Below are positions 51,947 through 64,000 of a stretch of 64,000 nucleotides of DNA, piece after piece. The DNA comes from Octopus sinensis. Its lineage: Eukaryota. The notes below the pieces were generated by a model. The model searched no databases. It had not been told where the DNA came from and saw nothing but the letters and a program-made list of their open reading frames with translations. Where the stretch lies: positions 62,682,001 through 62,746,000 of the forward strand of contig NC_043002.1 of NCBI RefSeq assembly GCF_006345805.1, in the 5' to 3' direction. Made by a program: the position numbers and the translations under genes. Position 1 is the stretch's first letter. Every line of letters starts with the position of its first letter.

Positions 51947-52941
51947 ATTTTCTATAATTTATGTTACTTCTGCTAAGTACAACTTACATAACTGTAGTAT
52001 ATAGATTGTTGATTTAATCTTCTGTAATCCCCGTCTTATAGATTATTAATCAATAACGCGATAGTTTTATTCCGAAATATTATTCTTAGCTAATGTTTGT
52101 CTGATAAGATGATTTCCTACTTTCTAATCTCTACTTCGTTCTCCAGCGCTTTTGTATTCCTTCATCTACTTTCTTCAGTTCTGTTGTGTCCCTTTCTCTA
52201 AATAACTTATCAGCTACTTTTCCACACCTGTTCTTTCTCCCCTGATCCTCAGCTTCAAGGAATCCACTGCACTAACCTATCTTTTTCGTGTAGTTTTCCA
52301 AAGAGAGAATCAGTCATGTCAATCGAACTCGCCTCAATGTGTCTGCAAGGCCACGTGTGCAAACAGCCACTTATTTCAGAGAAACGATGACGACGATGAC
52401 AACGATGACGACGATGACAACGACGACGACGACAACAACAACAAACCTTTATACTGCAAAGCCAAACCAAGCCAAAAAAAGAAAAAAAAAACCCGCAAAC
52501 AAACGTCTCTGATGTATTTCGCTATAGCTTAGACAAGGTTGCTTCTACTAAATTAGAATAACTTTTGCTGAACAGAGCCGATTTCTAATTATATTGATAG
52601 ATTGAATGCTAGTAATTTTATTTTCCATCACTTTATGTTGCAGCCTTTTTACAACAGGTCAAAATAAATATAACGCTTATAACTTTGTAACAGCAATATT
52701 CAGACGGCCTGGCCTATGACATTCAACAGTTCAAATGTAAATTTACGTCAAACAACATATACATATATACTCTGAAATATCTCAAAATGACTTCTAAACT
52801 CAGACAAAGCTTTTAATGGTCAGTGCTTATCGCTGGTTCGAAAATATTAAGCCGATGACAGCTAGCAAAACACAAGAAGTTCAAAATATATTCCGAAGTT
52901 TAAAAGATGAAGGGTATATAATTTTTATCTTTCTTCCCCCT

Positions 52942-53017
<76 letters not shown>

Positions 53018-53032
53018 ATCTGTATATATTAC

Positions 53033-53065
<33 letters not shown>

Positions 53066-53092
53066 ATATATTGTGTGTATATATTGTGTATA

Positions 53093-53495
53093 TACTCTTT
53101 ACTCTTTACTTGTTTCAGTCATTTGACTGCGGCCATGCTGGAGCACCGCCTTTAGTCGAGCAAATCGACCCCGGCACTTGTTCTTTGTAAGCCCAGTACT
53201 TATTCTATCGGTCTCTTTTGCCGAACCGCTAAGTGACGGGGACGTAAACACACCAGCATCGGTTGTCAAGCAATGCTAGGGGGACACACAAACACACACA
53301 CACATACATACATATATATATTTATACATATATACGACAGGCATCTTTCAGTTTCCGTCTACCAAATCGACTCACAAGGCATTGGTCGGCCCGGGACTAT
53401 AGCAGAAGACACTTGCCCAAGATGCCACGCAGTGGGACTGAACCCGGAACCATGTGGTTGGTTAGCAAGCTACTTACCACACAGCCACTCCTGCG

Positions 53496-53497
<2 letters not shown>
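53093..53497 (-). mobile_element. SINE family A, full length
   Basis: Head ggcgcaggagtggctgtgtggtaag, B-box gggttcagtccc, CORE-like cttgggcaagtgtctt, internal (TA)/(TG) run, tail ggcggtgctccagcatggccgc...(gtaaaga)n; in (TA)n. Confidence 0.93.
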
Positions 53498-53548
<51 letters not shown>

Positions 53549-53706
53549 GTGTGTATATATATATATTTTTTTTTTGTGTATATATATATATATATTCGTC
53601 TGTCTCTCGGCCTGTCTGCCTGTATGTTTTTGTAAATGTGAATTCATATGTATATATGAATAATATGTGTGTATATGTATATATATGCGTGTGTATATAT
53701 ATTTGG

Positions 53707-53755
<49 letters not shown>

Positions 53756-54627
53756 TAGATATATACACTTATATCTTTTAATTAATGAAGACGAACATTC
53801 ACATTCATATATGTTTACATATATACATATATAACACACACACACGCACGGTACACATACTCCTACACATACACATGCACACATTCACATTTACAAATAC
53901 AGATATATTCATATACATACGCATATTTATATAAAGAAAGCTATGCATATGGATAAATATATACATGCACACACATATAATTAACGGCATTGCATGTGTT
54001 GTCTGTCTGTTGAAGTGTTATGCCAATGCGCTGATGGCATAAGCGTGGTTTAAATTTATAATTAGTAAAATATGTAGATGAATATAATTAGTGTCTGCAC
54101 TTTGCATCATTATATTCATACACCATTTCCTTATGCCCCATTACATATAAAGCATTCTTATAAGTGCACAAGCAGACATCCAGTCTAAATATAGCTTGAA
54201 TACATCTGTAATTTGACCAGATAATTCATGCGAGGCCATATGAGCTTGCTCTGATATCACCCGTGCAGAAATGTATAATATACTGTATTGTAATTTATAA
54301 TGCGTTCTCAATATAAATAGCATGACCAGATATGTTCACGTACGCAGTCCTACGCAAACACATTTATTTGCACACAGAATTACACACATATACAGATTTC
54401 TACAACCTATCACACACAAGCTAAATACCACGAAAGCAGGCAACGAATTAACAAATGAAATAAATGATGCAGAAATAATTCGTTTCCAACGTCTCCTAAT
54501 CATGCAAATATCAGAAAATATTTAATACACAGTCACATAAACACTCTCACCCAAAGGCACACAGACACAAAAACACATACACACACGTACACAAACACAC
54601 GCACAAACGCGCACATGCACATACGTG

Positions 54628-54830
54628 TATATATATTATATAAAATCCGTTCCGTCTGTCTGTGTATGTCTTCTAGGATCTCGGGCATCCTCCATCCGAT
54701 TGCGCTCAAATTTGATATGTACATACCGACGGTATCAGGGCGTGTATAAGTCTTGAAAAAATTACAACAGTCGATTCCAGGTGAGAATGCGATCGACAAA
54801 GCCATGGGAACATGCATTTGTAAAATCGTC
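54628..54830 (+). mobile_element. possible Helitron-like 5' fragment
   Basis: tatataaaa-(gtct)n-...ccgattgcgctcaaatttga parallels the 5' layout of 5800-6184 (ccgattctgatgaaacttga). No CTAG end found. Confidence 0.4.
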
Positions 54831-54995
54831 TATCTTTATTTCTTCTTTTGCCGGTGTCTCAAATTCAGGTTAAATCAGTGTTTCTCAAAGCGAGGGCCTA
54901 TGGGACGATCAGACAGATTGTTTTGAGAAAATTTGGTTTAAATGTTTGACAACTCAGCACCGTCCATTGGACGAGGAAGGGGGCATTTTGCTCAT

Positions 54996-55063
<68 letters not shown>

Positions 55064-55154
55064 GTTTAAACTAAAAACAGAAAACAAAAGACGAAGACAG
55101 GTGTAGGAACAACAAGGAAATGTATTAGTTTCACGGTCGGGAAAAAGAGCAATG

Positions 55155-55193
55155 CCTTTTACGTTTCATGCCTACGCTCTTTCGACAGAAAGG
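55155..55193 (-). ncRNA. variant or degenerate minimal hammerhead motif
   Basis: ccttt CTGTCGA aa gagc gtag gcat GAAA cg TA aaagg. 5-bp stem I; core variant and damaged stem II. Confidence 0.5.
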
Positions 55194-55307
55194 AACAAGA
55201 GGAAAAAATGGAGACAGTAAGAGAAAAAATGGAGTGAGAAAAACTGTGTAGAGAAAAACTGTAGACAGATAGATAGATAGATATATAGATATGTATGTGT
55301 ATATGCC

Positions 55308-55349
55308 TCTAGTAGAAACGATTATTTGTCCCTCTGTGGACAAAAAAAG

Positions 55350-55393
<44 letters not shown>

Positions 55394-55448
55394 ATATATA
55401 TATAATCTTTTTTTGTCCACAGAGGGACAAATAATCGTTTCTACTAGA
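55308..55448. repeat. perfect inverted repeat centred on (TA)n
   Basis: tctagtagaaacgattatttgtccctctgtggacaaaaaaagatt and its exact reverse complement flank the (TA)n run. Confidence 0.95.
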
Positions 55449-55572
55449 AGCACAAGGCCTCCGATTTGTGGAGAGGGGACAAGTCGATTAGATCGACCCC
55501 AGTGTTCCACTGATACTTAATTTATAGACCCCGAAAGGATGAAAGGCAAAGTCCACCTCGGCGAATTTAAAC
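55438..55572 (-). mobile_element. SINE family C 3' half, tail type A
   Basis: gcacaaggcc...gaccccgaaaggatgaaaggcaaagtccacctcggcg. Confidence 0.8.
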
Positions 55573-55575
55573 ATT

Positions 55576-55815
55576 ATGCTCAAATGTCACCGTTTTAACA
55601 CCGTTGTCGAGGTCCAGAGCGAATCGCAGAAGATCCTCGACTCCCTTACGGAAAACGACTTCCAGGCTAGATTCCAAAAAGGGGCAGGATCGCTGGGACT
55701 GATGTATTGCTGCGCAACGAGACTATTTCAAAGGAGATTCTAAAAACTTAGGTAAATGAGTTAATCTTTTGTTTATTAAACATAACTAGTCCGCGAAACT
55801 TTTGATACCACCTCG
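55576..55815 (+). mobile_element. mariner 3' fragment with right TIR
   Basis: LKCHRFNTVVEVQSESQKILDSLTENDFQ..F...RW..CIAAQRDYFKGD; ends accacctcg followed by TA. Confidence 0.8.
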
Positions 55816-56149
55816 TAACTGGAAGCCATATTTTCCTTTTCTAACAAGTGTTCATCTGACCAAGTGGATTTTAAACTTGTATTTGAACACAAAATATACA
55901 AAGAGGAAACGGCAGCATCATATGTACCATCGTACGGAATTGTATTGCTTTTATCCGAATCCATCCCACTGACTTTGAAGAAGATTTCCTTTATTGAAAA
56001 AAACAAACAACGCCATTTCATAAAATTCTGCACTACAAGACACTTCACACAATTTACAAAGAGAATGGCCAATATTTGGAAAGGAAAATGAAAGCATAAG
56101 CCTGAGGCATGCAGAGTTTCTGCTCGATTATGCAATGGAAACACACACG

Positions 56150-57350
<1,201 letters not shown>

Positions 57351-57940
57351 TATCTTTGTTTTTGCCTTTTGTAAATATTTTCCCCCAACACGATATGAAA
57401 AATGTTATAAAGGTCACACGTTTGTCACGATGGAGTGACATTTATAAAGACATAACGGAAGTATCTAGACACAGTTGTATTTTCTTTCTTTTCTGTTCTT
57501 TTTTTGCCAATATTATCAAAAATTTTATTATTAATATTAACGGACGAGGTTTCAAAGAATTTTTTTTCCTATGAGAATTTTTTATGCTAATTTTCTGCTT
57601 ATTTTTATTTCTCTATTGTCTCAATTTTCAAACGTGCACCTCCATCAAAATGATATCATGCTTAGAAAGCTTTTTTTCTTTTCGTTATGTTTTACTTGTT
57701 TGTTTATTTTGTTTTATTTTCATATTCAGGGAAATATTTCTGCGTGGTGTTTATAGATAATATTGTTGAACTATTTGTGTAGGATTGCTTGCTTATTTGT
57801 TAAATTTTGTTTAATTTTTTTTAAAGAGAATATAAAAAGATGACCATATTGATATGAAGGGTGAAAATCACGATCTACAACCATTCGAAAGAGTTACGAG
57901 TTCGTATACATTCTTCACTCAGAAGGCAGCCATACGAAAA

Positions 57941-58512
57941 CGGCGAGCTGGCAGAAACGTTAGCACACCGGGCTAAGTACTTAGCCGTAGTTTGTCGGCT
58001 GTTACGTTCCGAGTTCAAATTCCGCCGAGGTTGACTTTGCCTTTCATCCTATCGGGGTCGATTAAATAAGTACCAGTTACGCACTGGGCTCGATATAATC
58101 GACTTAATTAGTTTGTCTGTCCTTGTTTATCCTCTTTGTGCTTAGTCCCTTGTGGGTAGTAAAGAAATAGGTATTTTGTCTGCCGTTACTTTCTGAGTTC
58201 AAATTCCGCCGAGGTCGACTTTGCCTTTCATCCTTTCGAGGTCGATTAAACAAGTACCAGTTACGCATTAGGATCGATATAATCGACTTAATCCGTTTGT
58301 CTGTCCTTGTTTGTCCTCTCTGTGTTTAGCCCCTTCTGGGTAGTAAACAAATAGGTATTTCGTCTGTCTTTGCGTTCTGAGTCCAAATTCCGCTGAGATC
58401 GATTTTGCCTTTCGGGCTTGTTAAATTAAGTAACTGTTGCATACTGGGGTCGATATAATCCACTGGCTCCCTCCCAAAAAATTTCGGGCTTCGTGCCTAG
58501 AGTAGAAAAGAT
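57941..58512 (+). mobile_element. SINE family C tandem trimer (184-bp period)
   Basis: One head, with body units starting at 57987, 58171 and 58355. The first two end in tail B and the last in tail A. Confidence 0.9.
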
Positions 58513-58607
58513 GTCAGCGATACTATACGTTTTACCGCTTAGTTATAACGGAAGGTAGAACCATAACACTTTACAGAGTATCCGTGACTGCGTGATGGAT
58601 GCATACT

Positions 58608-58942
58608 ATCTATCTATCCGCTCAGTCGAAATCGACTCTCGGTTACTCGTTGGATCAGTGTCCTCTAGTCAGTTCTTTCCTGGGCCGCTTCTTTCAGACT
58701 GGCTATGCCCATTCCGATATCACTCTTGATGGTGTCAAGCCAGCGGGTTCTTGGTCGGCCTCTTCCTCTCTTGCCCACTGACCATTCCGAGCATGATGTC
58801 CTTCTCCAGGGATTTTCTCTGCATAATATGACCGAAATATGCCAATATATGCTTGGTGATCCTAGCTTCTAGCGACATTTTCGGCCTGATCTGCTTAAGA
58901 ACTTCTCCATTGGTGAGCCTCGCTGTCCATGGAATCCGTACC
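58608..58942 (-). mobile_element. 3' end of an RTE (BovB-like) LINE
   Basis: RIPWTARLTN.EVL...YFGHIMQRKSLEKDIMLG..GKRGRGRPRTRWLD; (ATAG)n tail. Confidence 0.88.
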
Positions 58943-60210
58943 ACAAAGCAGCGACTAGGCCCGGATGATTACAATTAGAAGGGTTTTGTCAAAGCACCAC
59001 AGGATCAAATGATGGTGTTAGAGCCTACCTTCGAAATTGAACTCAAAATTCAAAGAGCGGGAACGGATACTGCAAGGCATCACAACCAACATTCCACCGA
59101 TCCTGACTCGTATTTTGTTCATCAACTCTGCAAAGTTACGAAAGGCAAAACTGACCTCGGGAAGATTTTATCTCTGAGGTCAAGTAAACGGAGTTAATAC
59201 AGAAAAGTAGTTTGCTGCCATTTAGTCATAATCAAAGAGTGTATGATAGACCAAACACAACACTGTAAGTTGTGGCAGCGTGGCCAAATGGAAGATTGTT
59301 TCTCTAACCTATTTGCCATACGCATCCGCATGAAACTGTAAATGTGCCCAAAAAGCTTACCTAAAATACAAGTCAATTCTATTCCCCTCATAGTTATATG
59401 CATTGCATTTTGCAGTGAGGTAGGTAGAACTTGCTTTCAGAAAGTATTGCAACATGGTAGCATTCAAAAGTACTTCATCGGGTAACATCCATTCATACTG
59501 AGGAGGCCATGTTTTTTCGGCAGACGACAAATGTGGCTGTGAAATTATGGAAAGCCAGCTTTACTGCATTAGCTTCGTCTGCCTCAGAGTCATATTTATA
59601 TCATTCTGCCATTAGCTGATCACATATAAAGCTATAGAAAAACACTAGACGTAACGAATCAACTTTCATCACGCTTATATTTTAAATAAAATGTTGGTAA
59701 GTGATGCGGAGTGGCGGCAGACTCTAACGTCGAGTACTAACCGTAATCTAGCGGCTTAGATTGCTAATTCTACGTATAATGAAATAATTCATGGCGGCAG
59801 TCATCTTGATTTTTTTTTCTTTAGGATCTATAATACAGAACAATGATACCTTGTTGAAAAGTTGAAGATCTCAAAGACAAATGATGATCAGTAGACGTTA
59901 GTTACATTGTAATGGCATTTATCTGAGAAACATGTTATTTTTTATACACGAACAGAAACACATACACACAGACGCGTTCTCTCTCTCTATGTCTCTATCT
60001 ATCTCTCTCCCCTCTCTCTCTCACACACACAGACACGGGTACTCCGCCTTCTCCCCGTAGGCAAACAAACAACCGTGCTTAGATACGTTGTATTAACAAT
60101 TACTTTTGCGATAATATCGATTTCTTCTTTAGACGCAGACTCAAATTAAAAGGCGGTATTTGTGATAAAATTTATTTCTAAAATTGGCACGGATCTTTTG
60201 TTCTTTAACT

Positions 60211-60250
60211 GCTTTTAGTCATTGGACTGTGGCCATGCTGGGTCACCGCC
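60211..60250 (-). mobile_element. SINE family A tail fragment
   Basis: Minus strand ggcggtgacccagcatggccacagtccaatgacta. Confidence 0.6.
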
Positions 60251-60856
60251 ACAATTCCACTTAACGTGTACTTATTTTATCGACAACGGGAAAGATGAAA
60301 GTTTAAGCTGACCGCGACGGATATCAATTCAAAATATAAAAGAGAATAATTAAATATTGATTAATTGCTAAAACATAAGACTCATTCGTTTGCTGGAAAT
60401 GGTGAAGGTAATTACTTCAACTTACTTTACTTCATGGACCTCCAAAAGAACATGAATTTAACCTCAGGATAATTGGAACACGGAATGTAAAGCTATGACA
60501 TTAAATACAGCAAGTACTTGGCCACCATACAGCTATGGACTTTGCAACCCTACAGCCTTCGTTTCATAATTATTATACCTCCTTTGCTTTTAAAGATATT
60601 CGTCATATAGTTATGACCGTTCGAAAAAATGTGAATGTGTTACATATATATATCCCTCATACATATATATTATCATATATATATATATATATATATATAT
60701 CCCTCATCTTAGGCAGTCATTCAAATGTAATATCGACATATATTATCTTTCAAAAGCAAGATCTAATGTAAATAAAGTGTAACCTTAAAATATAATCCAA
60801 TTGTCTTGCCTAATTACATTAACCTCTATTTCTCTCTTCGTATTTTATCTCTCTCG

Positions 60857-60896
<40 letters not shown>

Positions 60897-61228
60897 GGTG
60901 GTTGTCTACTCCATAGGCAGATCTGACCACCTCTTGTACTTACGCCTTAGATCTATCATGGCGTCCAATGTGGCTTTTAAAACCAGACAATGTTTTGAAA
61001 AGACAATCATATAAATTTCATTTCTGATTTGGATCACCAAGAGCTCCAGCTAGGTTCTGATCTTTGTGGATCTTAAAATGTCTTTTGAAGCCATATTTAG
61101 ATTTGCAGACCTTACATCTTACACGGCATTGACAGTTGCGTACAGATATATAGGCACAGTAGTTAGTGGATATTCATATTTCATGGGCCTGCAAAGGAGA
61201 AGATCGCTGAAATTAACTTTCTCTTTGG

Positions 61229-61440
61229 TCGCATGGCCTTGTGCTTAGGCTGCTACATTCATGATTGCGGGGCCGTGGTTTCGATTTTTAGGTATCTGAC
61301 GCTTGGCACACCGTGCAACAGTTCAGATAACGTCGATTTGATGGAGGGAATGAGCTAATTGTACAGCGCATACATTTGACGACTATAAACAAATCATTAG
61401 GTCGTGCGGCAAAAGCTGAATGGTCATACGTCGTCTTATA
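61229..61440 (+). mobile_element. old SINE family D
   Basis: gcatggccttgtgcttagg head; gagctaat...actataaacaaatca...aaaagctgaa...catacgtcgtc shared with 19620-19872. Confidence 0.65.
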
Positions 61441-61774
61441 TATAAGGAAATTGGATTGCTTCTGTATCAAAAAATGTATATAAGTCGAAACAAATTGTTG
61501 GCTTGTTTGGTTGTCTAAATAATTGTTTATGTTATATGATATTATATTATATTCACAGCATGTTGTGTCGTATTATAATATAATTAATTTACCGGATTGT
61601 TAATTGAATCTCTTTATTTAATTTATTGTTTGTAATTTGCATTATACCCATATTTATGAAGTATTCAATCAACATACCACTGAATTGAATGTTTTACACA
61701 CCCCTTTGAAGGAATTTTTTTTCTTTGTTTGATACCTTATTTATGTGCGTGTGTGCGTGTGTGCGTGTGTGTGT

Positions 61775-62153
61775 GGAGGCGCAATGGCCCAGTGGGTAAG
61801 GCAGCGGACTCGCGGTGGTAGAATCGCGGTTTCGATTCTCAGACCGAGCGTTGTGAGTGTTTATTGAGCGAAAACATCTTAAGCTCCTCAAGGCTCCAGC
61901 AGGGGGTGGTGGCGAACCCTTGCTGTACTCTTTCACCACAACTTTCTCTCAATCTTTCTTCCTGTTTCTGTTGTACCTGTATTTCAATGGGCCAGCCATT
62001 CCACACTCTGTATCACGCAGAATCTCCCCGAGAACTACGTTAAGGGTATGCGTGTCTGTGGAGTGCTCAGCCACTTGTACGTTAATTTCACGAGCAGGTT
62101 GTTCCGTTGATCGGATCATCTGGAACCCTCGTCGTCATAACTGACGGAGCGCC
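61775..62153 (+). mobile_element. SINE family B, full length
   Basis: Collinear with 9594-9970. Confidence 0.9.
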
Positions 62154-62283
62154 ACCACCTTATATATATATCAGTCACTCTGTCAGAATGCAACATGGCT
62201 AAAAGATTAAGGATATGTCTGTCATCGTCGTGAGGTACATTATTTACATTTGACGGATATTTGTACTCATCTTGTTTGATGTT

Positions 62284-62335
62284 AACACAACGTTTCGGCT
62301 GATATACCCTACAGCCTTCATCGTCATAAGGTGTT
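62284..62335 (-). ncRNA. minimal hammerhead motif disrupted by a 6-nt insertion in the core
   Basis: aacac CT[tatgac]GATGA a ggctg tagggtatat cagcc GAAA cg TT gtgtt; stems I and II are each a perfect 5 bp. Confidence 0.6.
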
Positions 62336-62599
62336 GAATTTGATTCCATTTCGCGACATTTTATTTATATATCATACCATTGCTACGTATATTCGTATAT
62401 AGAAACTGTGTGGAATCCCATCGTATGGATTGTTCTTGTAATTCAAATACCCAAACATGTTATCAAAGACTATGTCACAGGGATTCGGTTTTAGAATGAT
62501 ATATCGATGGAATTCACTACCATTTACACGCTAATCTACGGTTCATGTCGTTGTGTTAATAAAAACCGACTAAATACACCACATCCAATGGGAATATAT

Positions 62600-62618
62600 C
62601 TATCTGCATGTCTGTTTG

Positions 62619-62688
<70 letters not shown>

Positions 62689-62822
62689 AATCTATGTGTC
62701 AGTCTGTCTGATTGTCTGTCTATCTATCAATCTATCTGTCAGTCTGTCTGATTGTCTGTCTATCTAACAATCTATCTGTCAGTCTGTCTGATTGTCTGTC
62801 TATCTATCAATCTATCTGTCAG

Positions 62823-62864
<42 letters not shown>

Positions 62865-62867
62865 AAT
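62600..62867. repeat. (ATCT)n with an embedded 40-bp higher-order unit (x3)
   Basis: aatctatctgtcagtctgtctgattgtctgtctatct repeats at about 40-bp period. Confidence 0.9.
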
Positions 62868-64000
62868 CCACCAGTACCTCCGTCGTGGGACGCTGGACGG
62901 ACGGCCCGGTTGAGTTGCTCGGGGTCTGGTTCGGTCCGGACCTCCAAATGGAGAAGAACTGGAACGAGATAACGAGTAGGGTGGTCACTGTCGCCTGGCA
63001 ATGGGCCGAGAGGAAACTGTCCCTAAAAGGTCGGGCGGAGGTGGCGAACACGCACATCGCATCCATCATGTACGACCGCCTGACCGTCGTACCTTGTCCC
63101 GACCCTACCATCACCAAACTAGAACGCATTCTCTTCCGCTTCTTGTGGAAAGGATGCGCCCCCGATGGTCAGGCGATCCATTTGCTGTCAACACCTGTTT
63201 AAAGGAGGGCTGGGTATGCCGTGGTTGATGATGCGCAGACACGCGCTGAGACTGCGACATCTCCGGCTCTATGTAGACGACGGTGAACAGGTGTGGTCGC
63301 CGTTTCTGAGGCACGCTTTCCCGCAGCTCGTCTCCATGACCGAACTGCAGTCGTGGATCAAAAAGAGGTGGAGGAAGGGCGAATGGCACCGCGAGTGTCG
63401 GTTGCTCTCAAGCAACTCTGCCGTCCCGGGTCGACCTTGAGTGACTTCAACACAACCAAAGCATTCTATAGGGGATTAGTGGGGGGGGGGAGAACGACGA
63501 CGATCTTGGGGCAAACCTGGGCGTCGAAGAGGAATACCTGACCCGCCTGTTTGAAACGACTTTCAGGCCGGGATCTATGGACAACTTCCAGAGATTCCTG
63601 ACCTGGCGGTGCTACCGAGAAGCGCTATCCGTTCGGGATAAGCTCTATAGGCATGGCTCGAGAAACACGGAGCCGACCTGCCTGAGATGCGGGCAGAGCG
63701 ACGAAACCGTTCTGCACGCAATCGTGCAGTGTCCAACAATCTCCGACCTGTGGGCTTATGTCGAACGACTGCTGTCACGTGTGGGACGTGTCGGTTTATC
63801 AGCCGAGTCTATCGTTAATATCGTCACGCCTCCTTCCTTCAAACGGGAAGGAAGAGCTATTTTTATCATACATGTGGCTATGGCGAAAGAATGTATCTGG
63901 TGGACGCGCCTGAAAGGATTAGAGACAAACACTTTCCTCTCTGGTCAATCTCTCATCAACTTCTTCAAGTATCACTTGAAGAGGAAAGTGAGAGTAGAGA
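62868..64000 (+). mobile_element. 5'-truncated Tx1/L1-clade non-LTR retrotransposon (runs off window)
   Basis: VELLGVWFG...W..RKLSLKGRA...FRFLWKG...GGLGMP...CLRCGQSDETVLHAIVQC; frameshifts present; begins in (ATCT)n. Confidence 0.92.

Overview
This is AT-rich eukaryotic non-coding DNA (intron or intergenic) saturated with (TA)n, (TACA)n, (ATCT)n, (TAA)n and (TAC)n microsatellites. The repeat families look like those I recall from Octopus genomes; that is an inference, and no database was searched. No host exon, RNA gene or CRISPR array is supportable, and nearly all ORFs in the track are microsatellite artefacts. The real coding signal is all transposon debris: a 5'-truncated CR1-type LINE RT (40233-42076), two Tx1/L1-type pieces, two R4/Dong-type REL-endonuclease pieces in (TAA)n, an RTE 3' end, three mariner remnants and a Penelope-like remnant. 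There are also about five tRNA-derived SINE families, a textbook non-autonomous Helitron, an 800-bp fold-back MITE with an 8-bp TSD and two 16-bp minisatellites. Four signals stand out. (1) At least nine sequence-unrelated minimal type-I hammerhead-ribozyme motifs, several inside microsatellite-flanked fold-back mini-elements (Penelope/retrozyme-like). (2) A covarying double-hairpin 3' tail shared by the CR1-type LINE and a SINE family, plus a possible Tx1-SINE tail pair. (3) Different retroelement clades occupy different microsatellite motifs. (4) Long inverted repeats that could form dsRNA are very dense. Coordinates were read by eye and may be off by a few bases.
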